DNA from: a candidate division WOR-3 bacterium
GTDB taxonomy: Bacteria; Hydrothermota; Tepidihabitantia; SM23-42; JAOAFX01
Direction: 5' to 3'
DNA: 64,000 nt
Assembly: GCA_039802205.1 (NCBI GenBank)
Contig: JBDRWD010000007.1
Span: 2,433 to 66,432 of the forward strand
Positions 49,172 through 58,526 of this stretch are shown here, piece by piece. Made by a program: the position numbers and the translations under genes. Under the pieces are notes generated by a model. The model was given only the letters and a program-made list of their open reading frames with translations, did no database searches and was not told the DNA's origin. Every line of letters begins with the position of its first letter. The stretch's first letter is position 1.

Positions 49172-49468
49172 TATCCGGTCGCGCAACCCCAATTCGCCGA
49201 CAAAACCAGGAACAGCAAGGCAAAGGACTCAGCCCAGGCACCCTTATGACCAGCCCTCTGTCTACTTACCGTTGCTTCCTTCCGGACCTGGCGGGGTTTG
49301 TAGACGGTGCTTTCATAAGACCCGAGCCTCAACGCCCTTTACTCCTTACTGTTGCCCCTGAGATTGCCGGCTCCAAGGGGTCTTCACCCCGCATGAGCGG
49401 ATTTCGGGTCCTCCCATCTTGCGACGGGATTCAGGGCACCGCTAGCTCCCCGTTTAGCACGACCGGAA
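49172..49468 (-). ncRNA. ffs: signal recognition particle RNA, long (Bacillus-type) form with Alu domain
   Basis: Minus-strand GUGCUAAACGGGGAGCUAGCGGUGCCCUGAAUCC matches the B. subtilis scRNA 5' Alu region (GUGCUAAGCGGGGAGGUAGCGGUGCCCUG). The domain IV hallmark CAGGUCCGGAAGGAAGCA is present. An 11-bp terminal helix pairs 5' UCCGGUCGUGC with 3' GCGCGACCGGA. It sits immediately upstream of dnaX, as scr does in Bacillus. Ends are ±10 nt. Confidence 0.85.
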
Positions 49469-50455
49469 TCATCTTTTGAAGTCAGTCTTCTCAAACAGAA
49501 ACTCCTGGGGCTTTATACCGCAGGTTCCGATACCATTCCGTACCAGATAGGTCTGGAATGTTTCAATCGCCTTCAAATCGATCTCGGCGAGCCTTTGAAA
49601 ATCAGGCATCCTCATATTAGAAAGGAAGATAGGATCCATGGGCCAATCATTGTTGCGCACCAACACCTGTTTACCAATCTCGGGTTTTAATCTTAAATAC
49701 CCGAGGACGCCATCAAGGACATTTTTCATCCGGAATGAAGCCAGACGCTCTTCCTGGACGAATTTCTTACGCATCACGATCGCCAGATAGGGCATGGAAG
49801 GCATGACATACCGGTTGATCAAACCTTCATCCAGGAGTGTATCACCTGAAAAGAGTAGATAACTCCGGAAAGGCTCAAGAACAAATAAGGCATCAACCTT
49901 TTTACTCGATAAGGCGGTGGGTAACTCATCGCGGCTTAAGGGAACACGAGTATAATTAGTAAGTTTTTCTACAGCAAAATTGGGTGCCACAAGATTAAAG
50001 AGATATTCTTCATCGATGAGATACCCTATCCTCTTTTTATTGAGGTCTTTGAGTAATTTTATCTTTGTACCCTTAGGAATGATGATTGCATCGGCAATTC
50101 CTTTGAAGGTTATGGTGCCCACAGCCTTTACCGTATCTCCGTTGAGGCTTGGTGAGATTAATAACTTATACCAGGGGACCGCACATATCTCATATTCACC
50201 ACGCTTCAATCCCTCCAGGGGGTCACCGGTGATGTTTACAAACTCCGGGGCTACCCGTTCAATGACAAAATAGCGCCGCGTGGTATCAAATTGTGCCACA
50301 TAAAACGGAAGTCCGCTGAAGAATTTATCAACACCGATGCGCACTTTAACCGGTTGAGCCTCTTTGTACTGGGGATAACCAACCACAAAAAGGAGGACCA
50401 AAAGACCAATAAATATCAAAATATTAAGAATGACTTCTGTAGTCTTGCGGTTCAT
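49469..50455 (-). CDS. periplasmic substrate-binding-like protein (NMT1/SsuA-like fold, membrane-anchored)
   Basis: 328 aa with an N-terminal TM anchor. The alpha/beta pattern resembles ABC substrate-binding proteins. Assignment is weak. Confidence 0.4.
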   Translation of the reverse strand: MNRKTTEVILNILIFIGLLVLLFVVGYPQYKEAQPVKVRIGVDKFFSGLPFYVAQFDTTRRYFVIERVAPEFVNITGDPLEGLKRGEYEICAVPWYKLLISPSLNGDTVKAVGTITFKGIADAIIIPKGTKIKLLKDLNKKRIGYLIDEEYLFNLVAPNFAVEKLTNYTRVPLSRDELPTALSSKKVDALFVLEPFRSYLLFSGDTLLDEGLINRYVMPSMPYLAIVMRKKFVQEERLASFRMKNVLDGVLGYLRLKPEIGKQVLVRNNDWPMDPIFLSNMRMPDFQRLAEIDLKAIETFQTYLVRNGIGTCGIKPQEFLFEKTDFKR

Positions 50456-51675
50456 TTTTTCTCCCTTGTTATCTTATCAGCCCTTTGGAGATATTCCCAA
50501 GCCTTTTTGGTATTACCGAGCTCACGATAGGCATAGGCGAGATTGGTTAATACATCAACATTTTCAGGGTCTAACGGTAACGCTTTTCCTTCATAAATCT
50601 CTATTGCTTTTTTATAATTTTTTTCCTGGGAATAAGTAACCCCAATGTAAAACCAAGCGGGGAAATCATCGGATTTTATTTGAACAAGTCTTTCAAAATA
50701 TCTACGTGCATCTGCCCATTTCCCCATACGGATCAGAAGCTCACCCAGGAAGAAGAGAACATCGATATCGTTAGGAATGAATTCAACCGCCTTCGCGAGG
50801 TTTTTATAGGCGAGGGTATCATTTTTACGATTGAGATAGGTGATGCCGGTGAGATAATAATCCCGACCCAAACCTTCATTGACTTTTGCAAATTTTTCCA
50901 CATTTTTTTCCTGGGCTGACAGGCCATTCTCGATCCCCAATTTTACCTTGAGGAATTGATCCAAGGCATCCTTTTTATTCTCTTTCCATAGCGTTACGAG
51001 TTCTTCAACGAGGGACTGCTGTGGTTCTACATTTTTAAAAAGCAAATTCTTTAATTTCCCGTATTCGGCTTCATGGGATTTTATTGCATTTTCCAGATAG
51101 AAAAGGGTGGAGTCATATGCCTGTTGATCGAAATAGGACCGGGCGATGAAATAATTTGCCTCGGCATTTTCTTTATCAAATTCAAGGATTTTGAAAAAGA
51201 TTTTTAATGCTTTCTCTTTTTCTCCGGTTTCACTGTAAATGTTCCCTTCCAGGATGTACTGGCTGGGATTCTCGGGGTCAAGTTTTTTGGCAAAATAAAG
51301 ATTTGCAAGGGCTTCCTCATACTTTTTATCCAGATAAAGTTTGTAGGCAGTGCTGTAAAAGATATGCCAGTAAGCCGAAACATTGCGACCATTTTCATCG
51401 TTCTTTAACCAGGTGATTGTAGCAGTGGAATCTTTTTTGAAACCTTCTTGGAAGGCCTTGCTTGCTTCAGGATAATTCCCCAGACCTAATTCTGCCTTCC
51501 CGAGCAAGCAATAAGCTTCATAATCATCTGGCACAATCTTTATGCCTTCGAGCGCTTGGGCTTTAGCTCGGGCATAATCCTGCTGTTGAATATATATTTT
51601 GCAGGCATTCTTCCAGGTTGGTGGACAACCTAAAAAAAACAAAACCAACAAGGCTAAGGCGAAGCATTTTTTCAT
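50452..51675 (-). CDS. TPR-repeat lipoprotein
   Basis: Probable start is ATG 51673-51675 after AAGGAGG (MKKCFALALLVLFFLGC lipobox). The body has tandem TPR motifs. The tracked ORF runs to 51753. Confidence 0.7.
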   Translation of the reverse strand: MKKCFALALLVLFFLGCPPTWKNACKIYIQQQDYARAKAQALEGIKIVPDDYEAYCLLGKAELGLGNYPEASKAFQEGFKKDSTATITWLKNDENGRNVSAYWHIFYSTAYKLYLDKKYEEALANLYFAKKLDPENPSQYILEGNIYSETGEKEKALKIFFKILEFDKENAEANYFIARSYFDQQAYDSTLFYLENAIKSHEAEYGKLKNLLFKNVEPQQSLVEELVTLWKENKKDALDQFLKVKLGIENGLSAQEKNVEKFAKVNEGLGRDYYLTGITYLNRKNDTLAYKNLAKAVEFIPNDIDVLFFLGELLIRMGKWADARRYFERLVQIKSDDFPAWFYIGVTYSQEKNYKKAIEIYEGKALPLDPENVDVLTNLAYAYRELGNTKKAWEYLQRADKITREKK

Positions 51676-51694
51676 TTTTGCCTCCTTAAGGGGT

Positions 51695-51722
51695 ATTCTA
51701 TCCAAAAAACAGACAAAGTCAA
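51695..51722 (-). promoter_or_regulatory. candidate sigma70 promoter TTGACT-N16-TAGAAT for the TPR lipoprotein gene, at the gene-proximal edge of repeat copy B
   Basis: -35 at 51717-51722 and -10 at 51695-51700, read on the minus strand. An AAGGAGG RBS and ATG follow. Confidence 0.45.
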
Positions 51723-51730
51723 TAGGAAGA

Positions 51731-51935
51731 TGGTCTGAGCCCTCTTTTCTCAAATTATTTTTATGCGCGCTAAATTATTAGAGGTAGCCGCACCCTTCAG
51801 GGTGCGAAATACCCTAAGATTTAAAAACATTTATCCGCAGGCTAAAGCCTGCCCTACAAAAATCCCAACCCTAAATCATTGATTACCCTTACAAAGTTTG
51901 CCCATGATTTTTATCGTCCCTAAAAATGGAGAGGA
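51731..51935. repeat. structured intergenic repeat element, copy B (see 8841..9130)
   Basis: Collinear with copy A. Contains hairpins CGCACCC-uuca-GGGUGCG and GCAGGC-uaaa-GCCUGC. Confidence 0.65.
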
Positions 51936-52004
51936 CCCAGGAAGATGGTCATTTAAGTAGATTTGGCTCTTGATTTTTTAACATTTATGTATATATTTAC
52001 ATTA

Positions 52005-53195
52005 ATGACCAACAATATCGGTAGAGCCTGGGCTGAGATCTATCTTGATCGATTGCGCAATAATTACAAGTTGATCAAAAATGTGGTTGGAAATAAGAAA
52101 ATAATGGCAGCGATAAAAGCCGATGCCTATGGTCATGGAGCAGTAGAAGTAGCAAGAACGCTGGAGAAACTGGGCGTGGATATGCTCGGGGTGGCGAGTG
52201 CAGAGGAGGGGATTGAATTGAGGGTTGCCGGAATAAAAGCAAAAATTGTTATTTTAAGTCCAATCCTCAAAGAACAGATTGATGCCTGTCTGGAATATAA
52301 TCTCATTCCAACAATATCTGAACTGGCTTTTTTTAAAGCACTGGACATGCGTTTGAAAAGATACAAAAGACCGATGCTCGTCCATGTGGAAGTCGATACC
52401 GGAATGACACGGACCGGTTTTGGCTACGAAAGTGCGGTTGATGTGCTCCAGAAAATAGCACGCTCACCCTATATCAGGATTGAAGGATTATTCTCCCATT
52501 TTCCCTTGGCTGATTCAGACGGTGTCTTTTCCCGGCAACAGATCGACAGATTCAATTCGTTATTAAAAAGGCTGGAACAGTTAGCAATAAAACCTCAATT
52601 TTGTCACATTGCCAATTCTGCAGGAATCCTCCGTTATCCTCAAGCACACTTTAACTTGGTGCGTCCCGGCATATCACTCTATGGTTTGAGACCCTCTCCT
52701 CAGATCGAATATCCGGATGCTTTTGAACCGGTGATGAGTTTGAAATCGCGGATTGTTAATCTCCGCATTGTTCCTGAAAATACTCCGATCAGTTACGGTC
52801 ATACCTATAGAACAAAACGTAAGAGCCGCATCGCTACCGTGAGCGTTGGCTATGGTGATGGCTATCCCCGCATGCTTTCCAATGTTGCCGAGGTGCTCAT
52901 CAAAGGAAAAAGGGCAAAGGTTGTGGGAACGATCTGCATGGATTTGATGATGGTGGATGTGACTGATATACCCCAGGCCAGCCTGGGTGATACCGTGACA
53001 TTGATTGGAAGCGAAGGGGATGAGGAAATCCGGGCTGAGGAACTGGCACAAAAGTGTAATACAATCGTCTATGAGATCACCTCCGGGATTGGACCCAGGG
53101 TGGCCCGGGTTTTTAAGGACCGTAATAAAATCATAGGGATAAGAAATTTACTAGGCAGATCGGAGTATCATAAAATTGAGAGAGAAAAAATTTGA
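52005..53195 (+). CDS. alr: alanine racemase
   Basis: AAIKADAYGHG PLP-lysine motif. The N-terminal WAEIYLD aligns with the usual Alr start. The tracked ORF begins at TTG 51963, so the start is uncertain. Confidence 0.85.
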   Translation: MTNNIGRAWAEIYLDRLRNNYKLIKNVVGNKKIMAAIKADAYGHGAVEVARTLEKLGVDMLGVASAEEGIELRVAGIKAKIVILSPILKEQIDACLEYNLIPTISELAFFKALDMRLKRYKRPMLVHVEVDTGMTRTGFGYESAVDVLQKIARSPYIRIEGLFSHFPLADSDGVFSRQQIDRFNSLLKRLEQLAIKPQFCHIANSAGILRYPQAHFNLVRPGISLYGLRPSPQIEYPDAFEPVMSLKSRIVNLRIVPENTPISYGHTYRTKRKSRIATVSVGYGDGYPRMLSNVAEVLIKGKRAKVVGTICMDLMMVDVTDIPQASLGDTVTLIGSEGDEEIRAEELAQKCNTIVYEITSGIGPRVARVFKDRNKIIGIRNLLGRSEYHKIEREKI

Positions 53196-53209
53196 AAAAG
53201 GAGGTAAGT

Positions 53210-54238
53210 ATGAAACGTTGGATACTTCTTTTGGCTTTTGTCTCCATATTCGCCCAGGAGACAACCCACACGGTAAAACCAGGTGATACACTCTGGGATA
53301 TTGCCGGGTTTTACTACCAGAATCCCTTTTTATGGCCTTATATCTGGCGGGCAAATCTCACCAAGATTAAAGACCCGCACTGGATTTATCCGGACCAGGT
53401 CTTTGTGATACCCCCTGCACCTGAGGAATCCTTAGCAGCAGTTCCTCCGGCTCCACCAGAGGTTCCCGCACCCGAGGTGGTTCCGGAGACCTACACATAC
53501 ACTCCGGCGCCAACGAAGAAGACCGCCGAGGTGATTTCCATGGTAAAGCCTGAGGAGCGCATATTCAGTGAAGATATCATCCATAGGGCAGGGTTCATTC
53601 TCACCGAAGATCTCCCTTATTGGGGTAAGATTGTTGGAACTGAACCCGCGGGGGAGAAGCATATCACCGCTTATAAAACGATCTATATCGATCGCGCACG
53701 TGATATCAAAATAGGAGATATCCTTACAATTTACCGCCCGGGCAAGGTAATCAAGCATCCCAAGACCGGAGCATTTCTCGGGAAGGAGATAATCGTCCTG
53801 GGTAGGGCAGAGATCGAAGAGATGAGCGAACAGGGGGCGAGATGCAGGGTGATCGATTCCTATGACCTGATCAAGACCGGAGATCTGGTCACCCCATACA
53901 CCCCTCAGATGGCACCGGAGAATGTGACCCTGGTTCCGGCAACGAAAGAGATTGAGGGGTATGTGGTGGAGGTAAAGAGCGAGCAGACCCATATGACGCC
54001 ACCCCATGTCTTTGTCTACATCGATAAAGGTGAAGACTCTGGTATTGCAGTGGGTGATATATTTGATGTTTATCAAGAGCGGATAGTGGGAGGCAAGAAG
54101 ATGCCGGATTATACCATTGCTCGAGTCCAGATCGTAAGCATCTTTGAGAGAGCATCGATCGGGTTACTGAGATGGGAAGAAAAATTGCCCCTCATAAAAC
54201 GGGGTGAGAGGTGTCGTTTGGTTCTGGAGGCGCGGTGA
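53210..54238 (+). CDS. LysM-domain exported protein with Pro-rich linker
   Basis: ATG 53210 follows AAAGGAGG. Signal peptide, then a LysM-like TVKPGDTLWDIAGFYY, then PAPEESLAAVPPAPPEVPAPEVVPE. Confidence 0.6.
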   Translation: MKRWILLLAFVSIFAQETTHTVKPGDTLWDIAGFYYQNPFLWPYIWRANLTKIKDPHWIYPDQVFVIPPAPEESLAAVPPAPPEVPAPEVVPETYTYTPAPTKKTAEVISMVKPEERIFSEDIIHRAGFILTEDLPYWGKIVGTEPAGEKHITAYKTIYIDRARDIKIGDILTIYRPGKVIKHPKTGAFLGKEIIVLGRAEIEEMSEQGARCRVIDSYDLIKTGDLVTPYTPQMAPENVTLVPATKEIEGYVVEVKSEQTHMTPPHVFVYIDKGEDSGIAVGDIFDVYQERIVGGKKMPDYTIARVQIVSIFERASIGLLRWEEKLPLIKRGERCRLVLEAR

Positions 54239-54702
54239 TGAAAGAAAAGGAAGCATTAAGTCAGGTTTATCTTTTTCGGGAATTGACTCCGAGCGAGATG
54301 GATATCCTCATATCTATCTCTCAGGAAAAGCGGGTGAAAAAAAATGAGGTAATCTTCAAAGAGGGTGACATCGGCGATGCCTTTTATTTAATCGTTTCTG
54401 GGAGTGTGCGCATTTCTACAATTGTACCTGGTGTTGGTGAGGAGGCACTCACGATTTTACGCGAAGGTGAATACTTCGGAGAAATGGCATTGATTGATGA
54501 TGCACCACGCTCGGCATCGGCGATTGCGAATGATGATACAATTCTTCTGGTAATCGGCAAGGAAGATTTCCGCCGCCTCTTGGCGCAAGATACCCGGATT
54601 GCCTACAAGTTACTCTGGGTATTCACCCGGACGCTCTCAGCCCGTCTCCGAAAGACGGATGAGCAATTGAAGAGCATCTTTTCTATTGCGAAGACCTTCT
54701 AA
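54238..54702 (+). CDS. cyclic nucleotide-binding domain protein
   Basis: cNMP-binding fold: GDIGDAFYLIVSGSV..GEYFGEMALIDDAPRSASA. Its start overlaps the previous stop (TGATG). Confidence 0.75.
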   Translation: MKEKEALSQVYLFRELTPSEMDILISISQEKRVKKNEVIFKEGDIGDAFYLIVSGSVRISTIVPGVGEEALTILREGEYFGEMALIDDAPRSASAIANDDTILLVIGKEDFRRLLAQDTRIAYKLLWVFTRTLSARLRKTDEQLKSIFSIAKTF

Positions 54703-54803
54703 AAATTGGGAAGAACCACCGCACATTCAGGTTTTGCTTGAGCATATCAGCGCTGATAATTTATTGAAGAGTCAATCAAGCAAAAGGAGAAGAAAGGAAG
54801 AGC

Positions 54804-57800
54804 ATGTTTGAGATATTTGCCGGAAAAGACCCCCAGAAGGCATACCAGCGAGCCCAAGAGTATGTAAAAGAGGGAAAGATCACTTCCGCAATAAAGATAC
54901 TGGAAGATAACCTTACCGAGAGTGAAGAATCTCTTCCCTGCTACTTAGAGCTTGCTCGTCTTTATTTTGAAAATCAACAAAGAGCCGAGGCGGTCGAGAC
55001 TCTGCGTACTGCCCATACGCTCTTTCCGGCAAGGGTCGATGAGATCATCGGCATCCTCTCCGATTATTTCTTCCGTTATACCTCTATCGATGCCGGTGAT
55101 TTTCTCCTCCAGTTATATGTTGCCCAGGAAGAATACGATGAACTATTCAAGGTGCTCCGGGCTTTTAATGAACGGGAAGTGAAGTTGCTAATAAATCGTT
55201 ATGAAAAATTGAAACAGAACATAACTACAAAAAAGGTTCTCTCCAAAAGGGATTTCGAGAATTTGGTTATTTACGGCACGATTATTTTTACCTTCCAGGA
55301 TGGGAAGTCGGCATTGCAAAATATTGAATTTCTCCTCGAAACCGAGGGTTTCCAGAAACAACTGCTGGGGTGGGCACGGGCAATTGCCCGTGAACGCTTT
55401 AATGATCCCTATGCGGCGCTCCTATTACTCAAAGCTGAAGCGAATGCCGGACAGGTTGCAGAGGCACTGAACCAGGCCCAAAGGATTTATGAAAAATTTC
55501 CGGATTTCATTGATCCCCTCCTTGATACACTCACTACCCTTCAGCCGCCTTCGGATCTCGAGGCAACATTCCAGCAGTTCATCACCGAATTGTATGTCAA
55601 AAAAGGCGACCTCGATGCCTCCCTGGACCGGCTGGAAGGAATATTGAGAAAAGATCCGTCTCGGATTGATGAGGTGATAAAGACACTGCGCGAACTTCAG
55701 CGCCTCCACCCCAAAAATCTAAAAGTCTTATTTACCCTCGCGGACAATCTGCTCCGCGCCGGCCGGATATCGCTCGCAATCTCCGAGTTCGATAAGATTC
55801 TGGAGATCGATCCGGAGAAATATCCGGAAGTGATGGTCCGGTATGAACAGGCATTTGAGAAAGAACCGAACAATCCTTTGGTGATTCAGGGATTGGTGAA
55901 TTTCTATCTCAAACAGAAAAAATTTGAAGAGGCGATCCGGGTGGTTGATCGGGCATATAAGATTGATCGTGGACTGATCGATGAATATATCCAGAATCTG
56001 AATCTTATATTAGACCAATCGCCTGAAAATCATTACGGACTTTACCTGCTCGGTCTATGCTACAGTCATAAAGGCGAAGAGGAGAACGCAGTAATTATCT
56101 TCGAAACCCTGCTGGAAAATAAGAAATTTGAGCTCGTCTTGGGAGCACTTGATGAGATTTTAAGAAGCGCTCCAGATAACCCGCAATATCTCACATTAAA
56201 AGTTCGAGCACTCCTCAATCTGGATCGAGATATTGAAGGCTTGGAACTGATCAAACAAAATCTTAATGAAGAAAATGTCGTCAATTTTGTTCCTCTTCTG
56301 GATACCATTTTGAATCATAAACCCGAACGAGCGAAAGAGATTCTGGAGATTTATCAACAATTTCATGATAAGGAGCCTGTGATATTTGATATCGCTTTAG
56401 CCCGGGGTTATGCCTATGCGGGTGAATATGAGAAGGCAGTAAAAAAGTTTGAAGAACTCCTTGCCCAGGAGGAAAATAAAGATACCGCCAAGCGGGCATT
56501 GATTGAAGTGATAAAAGAACGGCCCCGGGCCGTGCCTTTGCTTTTGACTGCGGCACGCACATTCCTGAAAGATGGTGAGATTGAGATCGCTACGCAGTTC
56601 TTTAAGACTGCCCAGATGGTGGATCCCAAGGCATTCTTTGAAATCATTGATGAATTTTATGATACTTTAAAAGCATTCCCTAAAGACCGGGAGGTCTGGG
56701 TATTGCTCATCGATACCTTTTTCAATCGGAAATTGTACGACCGAGTGATTGAAGAGGCAAAGAAGGCGATTGAGGTCTTTGGAAATCAGGCACAGTATTT
56801 TTATCTCAAGTTAGGACAGGCTTATGTGGAGAGTGGAAATCTGAGCGATGGGGTTAGACCGCTGATGCTAGCCCTCGATGGTGAAACAGATTATTCTAAA
56901 GAAGTGATCGAGTATCTGGACAAAATTCTTACCGTGGATAAAAGCAATGTGCCGGCTCATTTTGCCCGTGGCCGTGCCTTGGCACGGGCAAGAAGGATTG
57001 ATGAGGCAGTAGAGGAATACCTTTTGACCGCCCGCATCGTTCCTGCCCGGGCTGAATATGTGCTTGATGAGTTAAAGACCTTAGCCGCTAAATCCATTGC
57101 TAACCCTAAGGTTATATTCGCCATGGGCGTGGTGGAGTTGAGTTTGAAGAAATATCCGGAAGGAATCAAACATCTCGTTCAATCCTGTGAACTAGATAAT
57201 ACCCTGGTCGGTCGCGTTTTACCTCTTTTAGAAAAATTAAACACCCAGCTCCCCTCACCATTATTATCTTTTAATCTCGCAAGGATATATCATCTTGCCA
57301 ATTTAAAATCTTCGGCGATAAAATTTTATATCGCAGCCCAAGAAAAAGAGTCTGCCTGGCGGGAACCCGCAATATCTGAGATGAAAAAAATCTGCAATGA
57401 AGAACCCCAGGATATTGAAGCCCGCAAAGGACTGGCGCAGATTTATTTTAATTACAATAACCTGGAGGATGCACTCTATACAGTGGAAGAGATTTTTAAT
57501 ATAGATAAAAACGAAATCCCCTGGATAAAGGAATTCCTTATGCAGATCCTCTCCAAGAATCCCGGGCACATCCCTTCTTATTATTTCCTTGGGCGTCTGT
57601 TCACTTATGAAGAGAATTATCCGAAGGTTGTGGATACCTACAAAAAACTTGCTGAAATTGCCCCTCAGGAAGTTCCGGTGATCATCGAGACGCTCAGTCC
57701 GATATGTGAACGGTCTGGCGAGTTGATGTATTACACCGGGATACTGTATAAAGAGACTGGGGAACTAAATCGGGCAATCATGTTATTCAAAAAGTTGTTT

Positions 57801-58526
57801 GATAAGGAGCCGTTATTCGCCGATCGGTTAATCACTCAATTGATTGAGATTACAGTCAAAAACGAAAAGATGGCACCGGCATTTTTGTTGCTGAGTGAGA
57901 TCTATACCTTTAAAAAAGACTATGACCGGGCCATAGAATTCTTAAATAAAGTCGAAAAATTGATACCCCAGCGGCGGGAGGAGATTCTTTTGAAGAAAAG
58001 CGAATTATATTTTGAAAAAGGCGAAACGGATCGGGCATTTGAGCTATATGCTACGCTCTTACAAGAGACAAAGGATCGCAATGAGGTATATAAAAAGATT
58101 AAGAAAATGCGGGATGAGTATCTCAGTAAAAAAATTAAAGAACTTACCGAGGATGCTGATGAATCTCGGTTATTGCGGGCAAATATTTATCTTTTACTCG
58201 ATAAAATCTCAGAAGCCGAAAAAGAGCTCCAGGGAATGAGCCCCGCAACAATGCGTCAACGAGCCTATTTGCTTTTAAAAACGAAGATTTTGATCCACAA
58301 AAAGCAGCCAGTAGAAGCCCTGGAGTTATTGAGAAAACTGCCTGTGGACCACGAGACCGCCTTGCTTTATGCCGATGCTTATGAAATGCTTGGTTCCTAC
58401 GCTGCCGCTGCCAGTGTCCTGAAGACGCTGGGCGACGATTCCCTATTACCACGAATAAAAAGGTGTGAGCGTTTGGCCCAGGAGCAGCGTTTAAGTAGGA
58501 GATATTTTATTGAAGGGAGGATTTGA
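54804..58526 (+). CDS. large TPR-repeat protein (1240 aa)
   Basis: Continuous ORF dominated by TPR-like helical repeats. Confidence 0.7.
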   Translation: MFEIFAGKDPQKAYQRAQEYVKEGKITSAIKILEDNLTESEESLPCYLELARLYFENQQRAEAVETLRTAHTLFPARVDEIIGILSDYFFRYTSIDAGDFLLQLYVAQEEYDELFKVLRAFNEREVKLLINRYEKLKQNITTKKVLSKRDFENLVIYGTIIFTFQDGKSALQNIEFLLETEGFQKQLLGWARAIARERFNDPYAALLLLKAEANAGQVAEALNQAQRIYEKFPDFIDPLLDTLTTLQPPSDLEATFQQFITELYVKKGDLDASLDRLEGILRKDPSRIDEVIKTLRELQRLHPKNLKVLFTLADNLLRAGRISLAISEFDKILEIDPEKYPEVMVRYEQAFEKEPNNPLVIQGLVNFYLKQKKFEEAIRVVDRAYKIDRGLIDEYIQNLNLILDQSPENHYGLYLLGLCYSHKGEEENAVIIFETLLENKKFELVLGALDEILRSAPDNPQYLTLKVRALLNLDRDIEGLELIKQNLNEENVVNFVPLLDTILNHKPERAKEILEIYQQFHDKEPVIFDIALARGYAYAGEYEKAVKKFEELLAQEENKDTAKRALIEVIKERPRAVPLLLTAARTFLKDGEIEIATQFFKTAQMVDPKAFFEIIDEFYDTLKAFPKDREVWVLLIDTFFNRKLYDRVIEEAKKAIEVFGNQAQYFYLKLGQAYVESGNLSDGVRPLMLALDGETDYSKEVIEYLDKILTVDKSNVPAHFARGRALARARRIDEAVEEYLLTARIVPARAEYVLDELKTLAAKSIANPKVIFAMGVVELSLKKYPEGIKHLVQSCELDNTLVGRVLPLLEKLNTQLPSPLLSFNLARIYHLANLKSSAIKFYIAAQEKESAWREPAISEMKKICNEEPQDIEARKGLAQIYFNYNNLEDALYTVEEIFNIDKNEIPWIKEFLMQILSKNPGHIPSYYFLGRLFTYEENYPKVVDTYKKLAEIAPQEVPVIIETLSPICERSGELMYYTGILYKETGELNRAIMLFKKLFDKEPLFADRLITQLIEITVKNEKMAPAFLLLSEIYTFKKDYDRAIEFLNKVEKLIPQRREEILLKKSELYFEKGETDRAFELYATLLQETKDRNEVYKKIKKMRDEYLSKKIKELTEDADESRLLRANIYLLLDKISEAEKELQGMSPATMRQRAYLLLKTKILIHKKQPVEALELLRKLPVDHETALLYADAYEMLGSYAAAASVLKTLGDDSLLPRIKRCERLAQEQRLSRRYFIEGRI

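Noticed and set aside
49154-49192. Longer dnaX N-terminus (MGLRDRILALLNF..) from the tracked ORF start at 49192
   Set aside because: It overlaps the 3' end of the SRP RNA terminal helix (49172-49184). DnaX homologs begin at the M immediately before ..KYRPQ.., which here is ATG 49151-49153.
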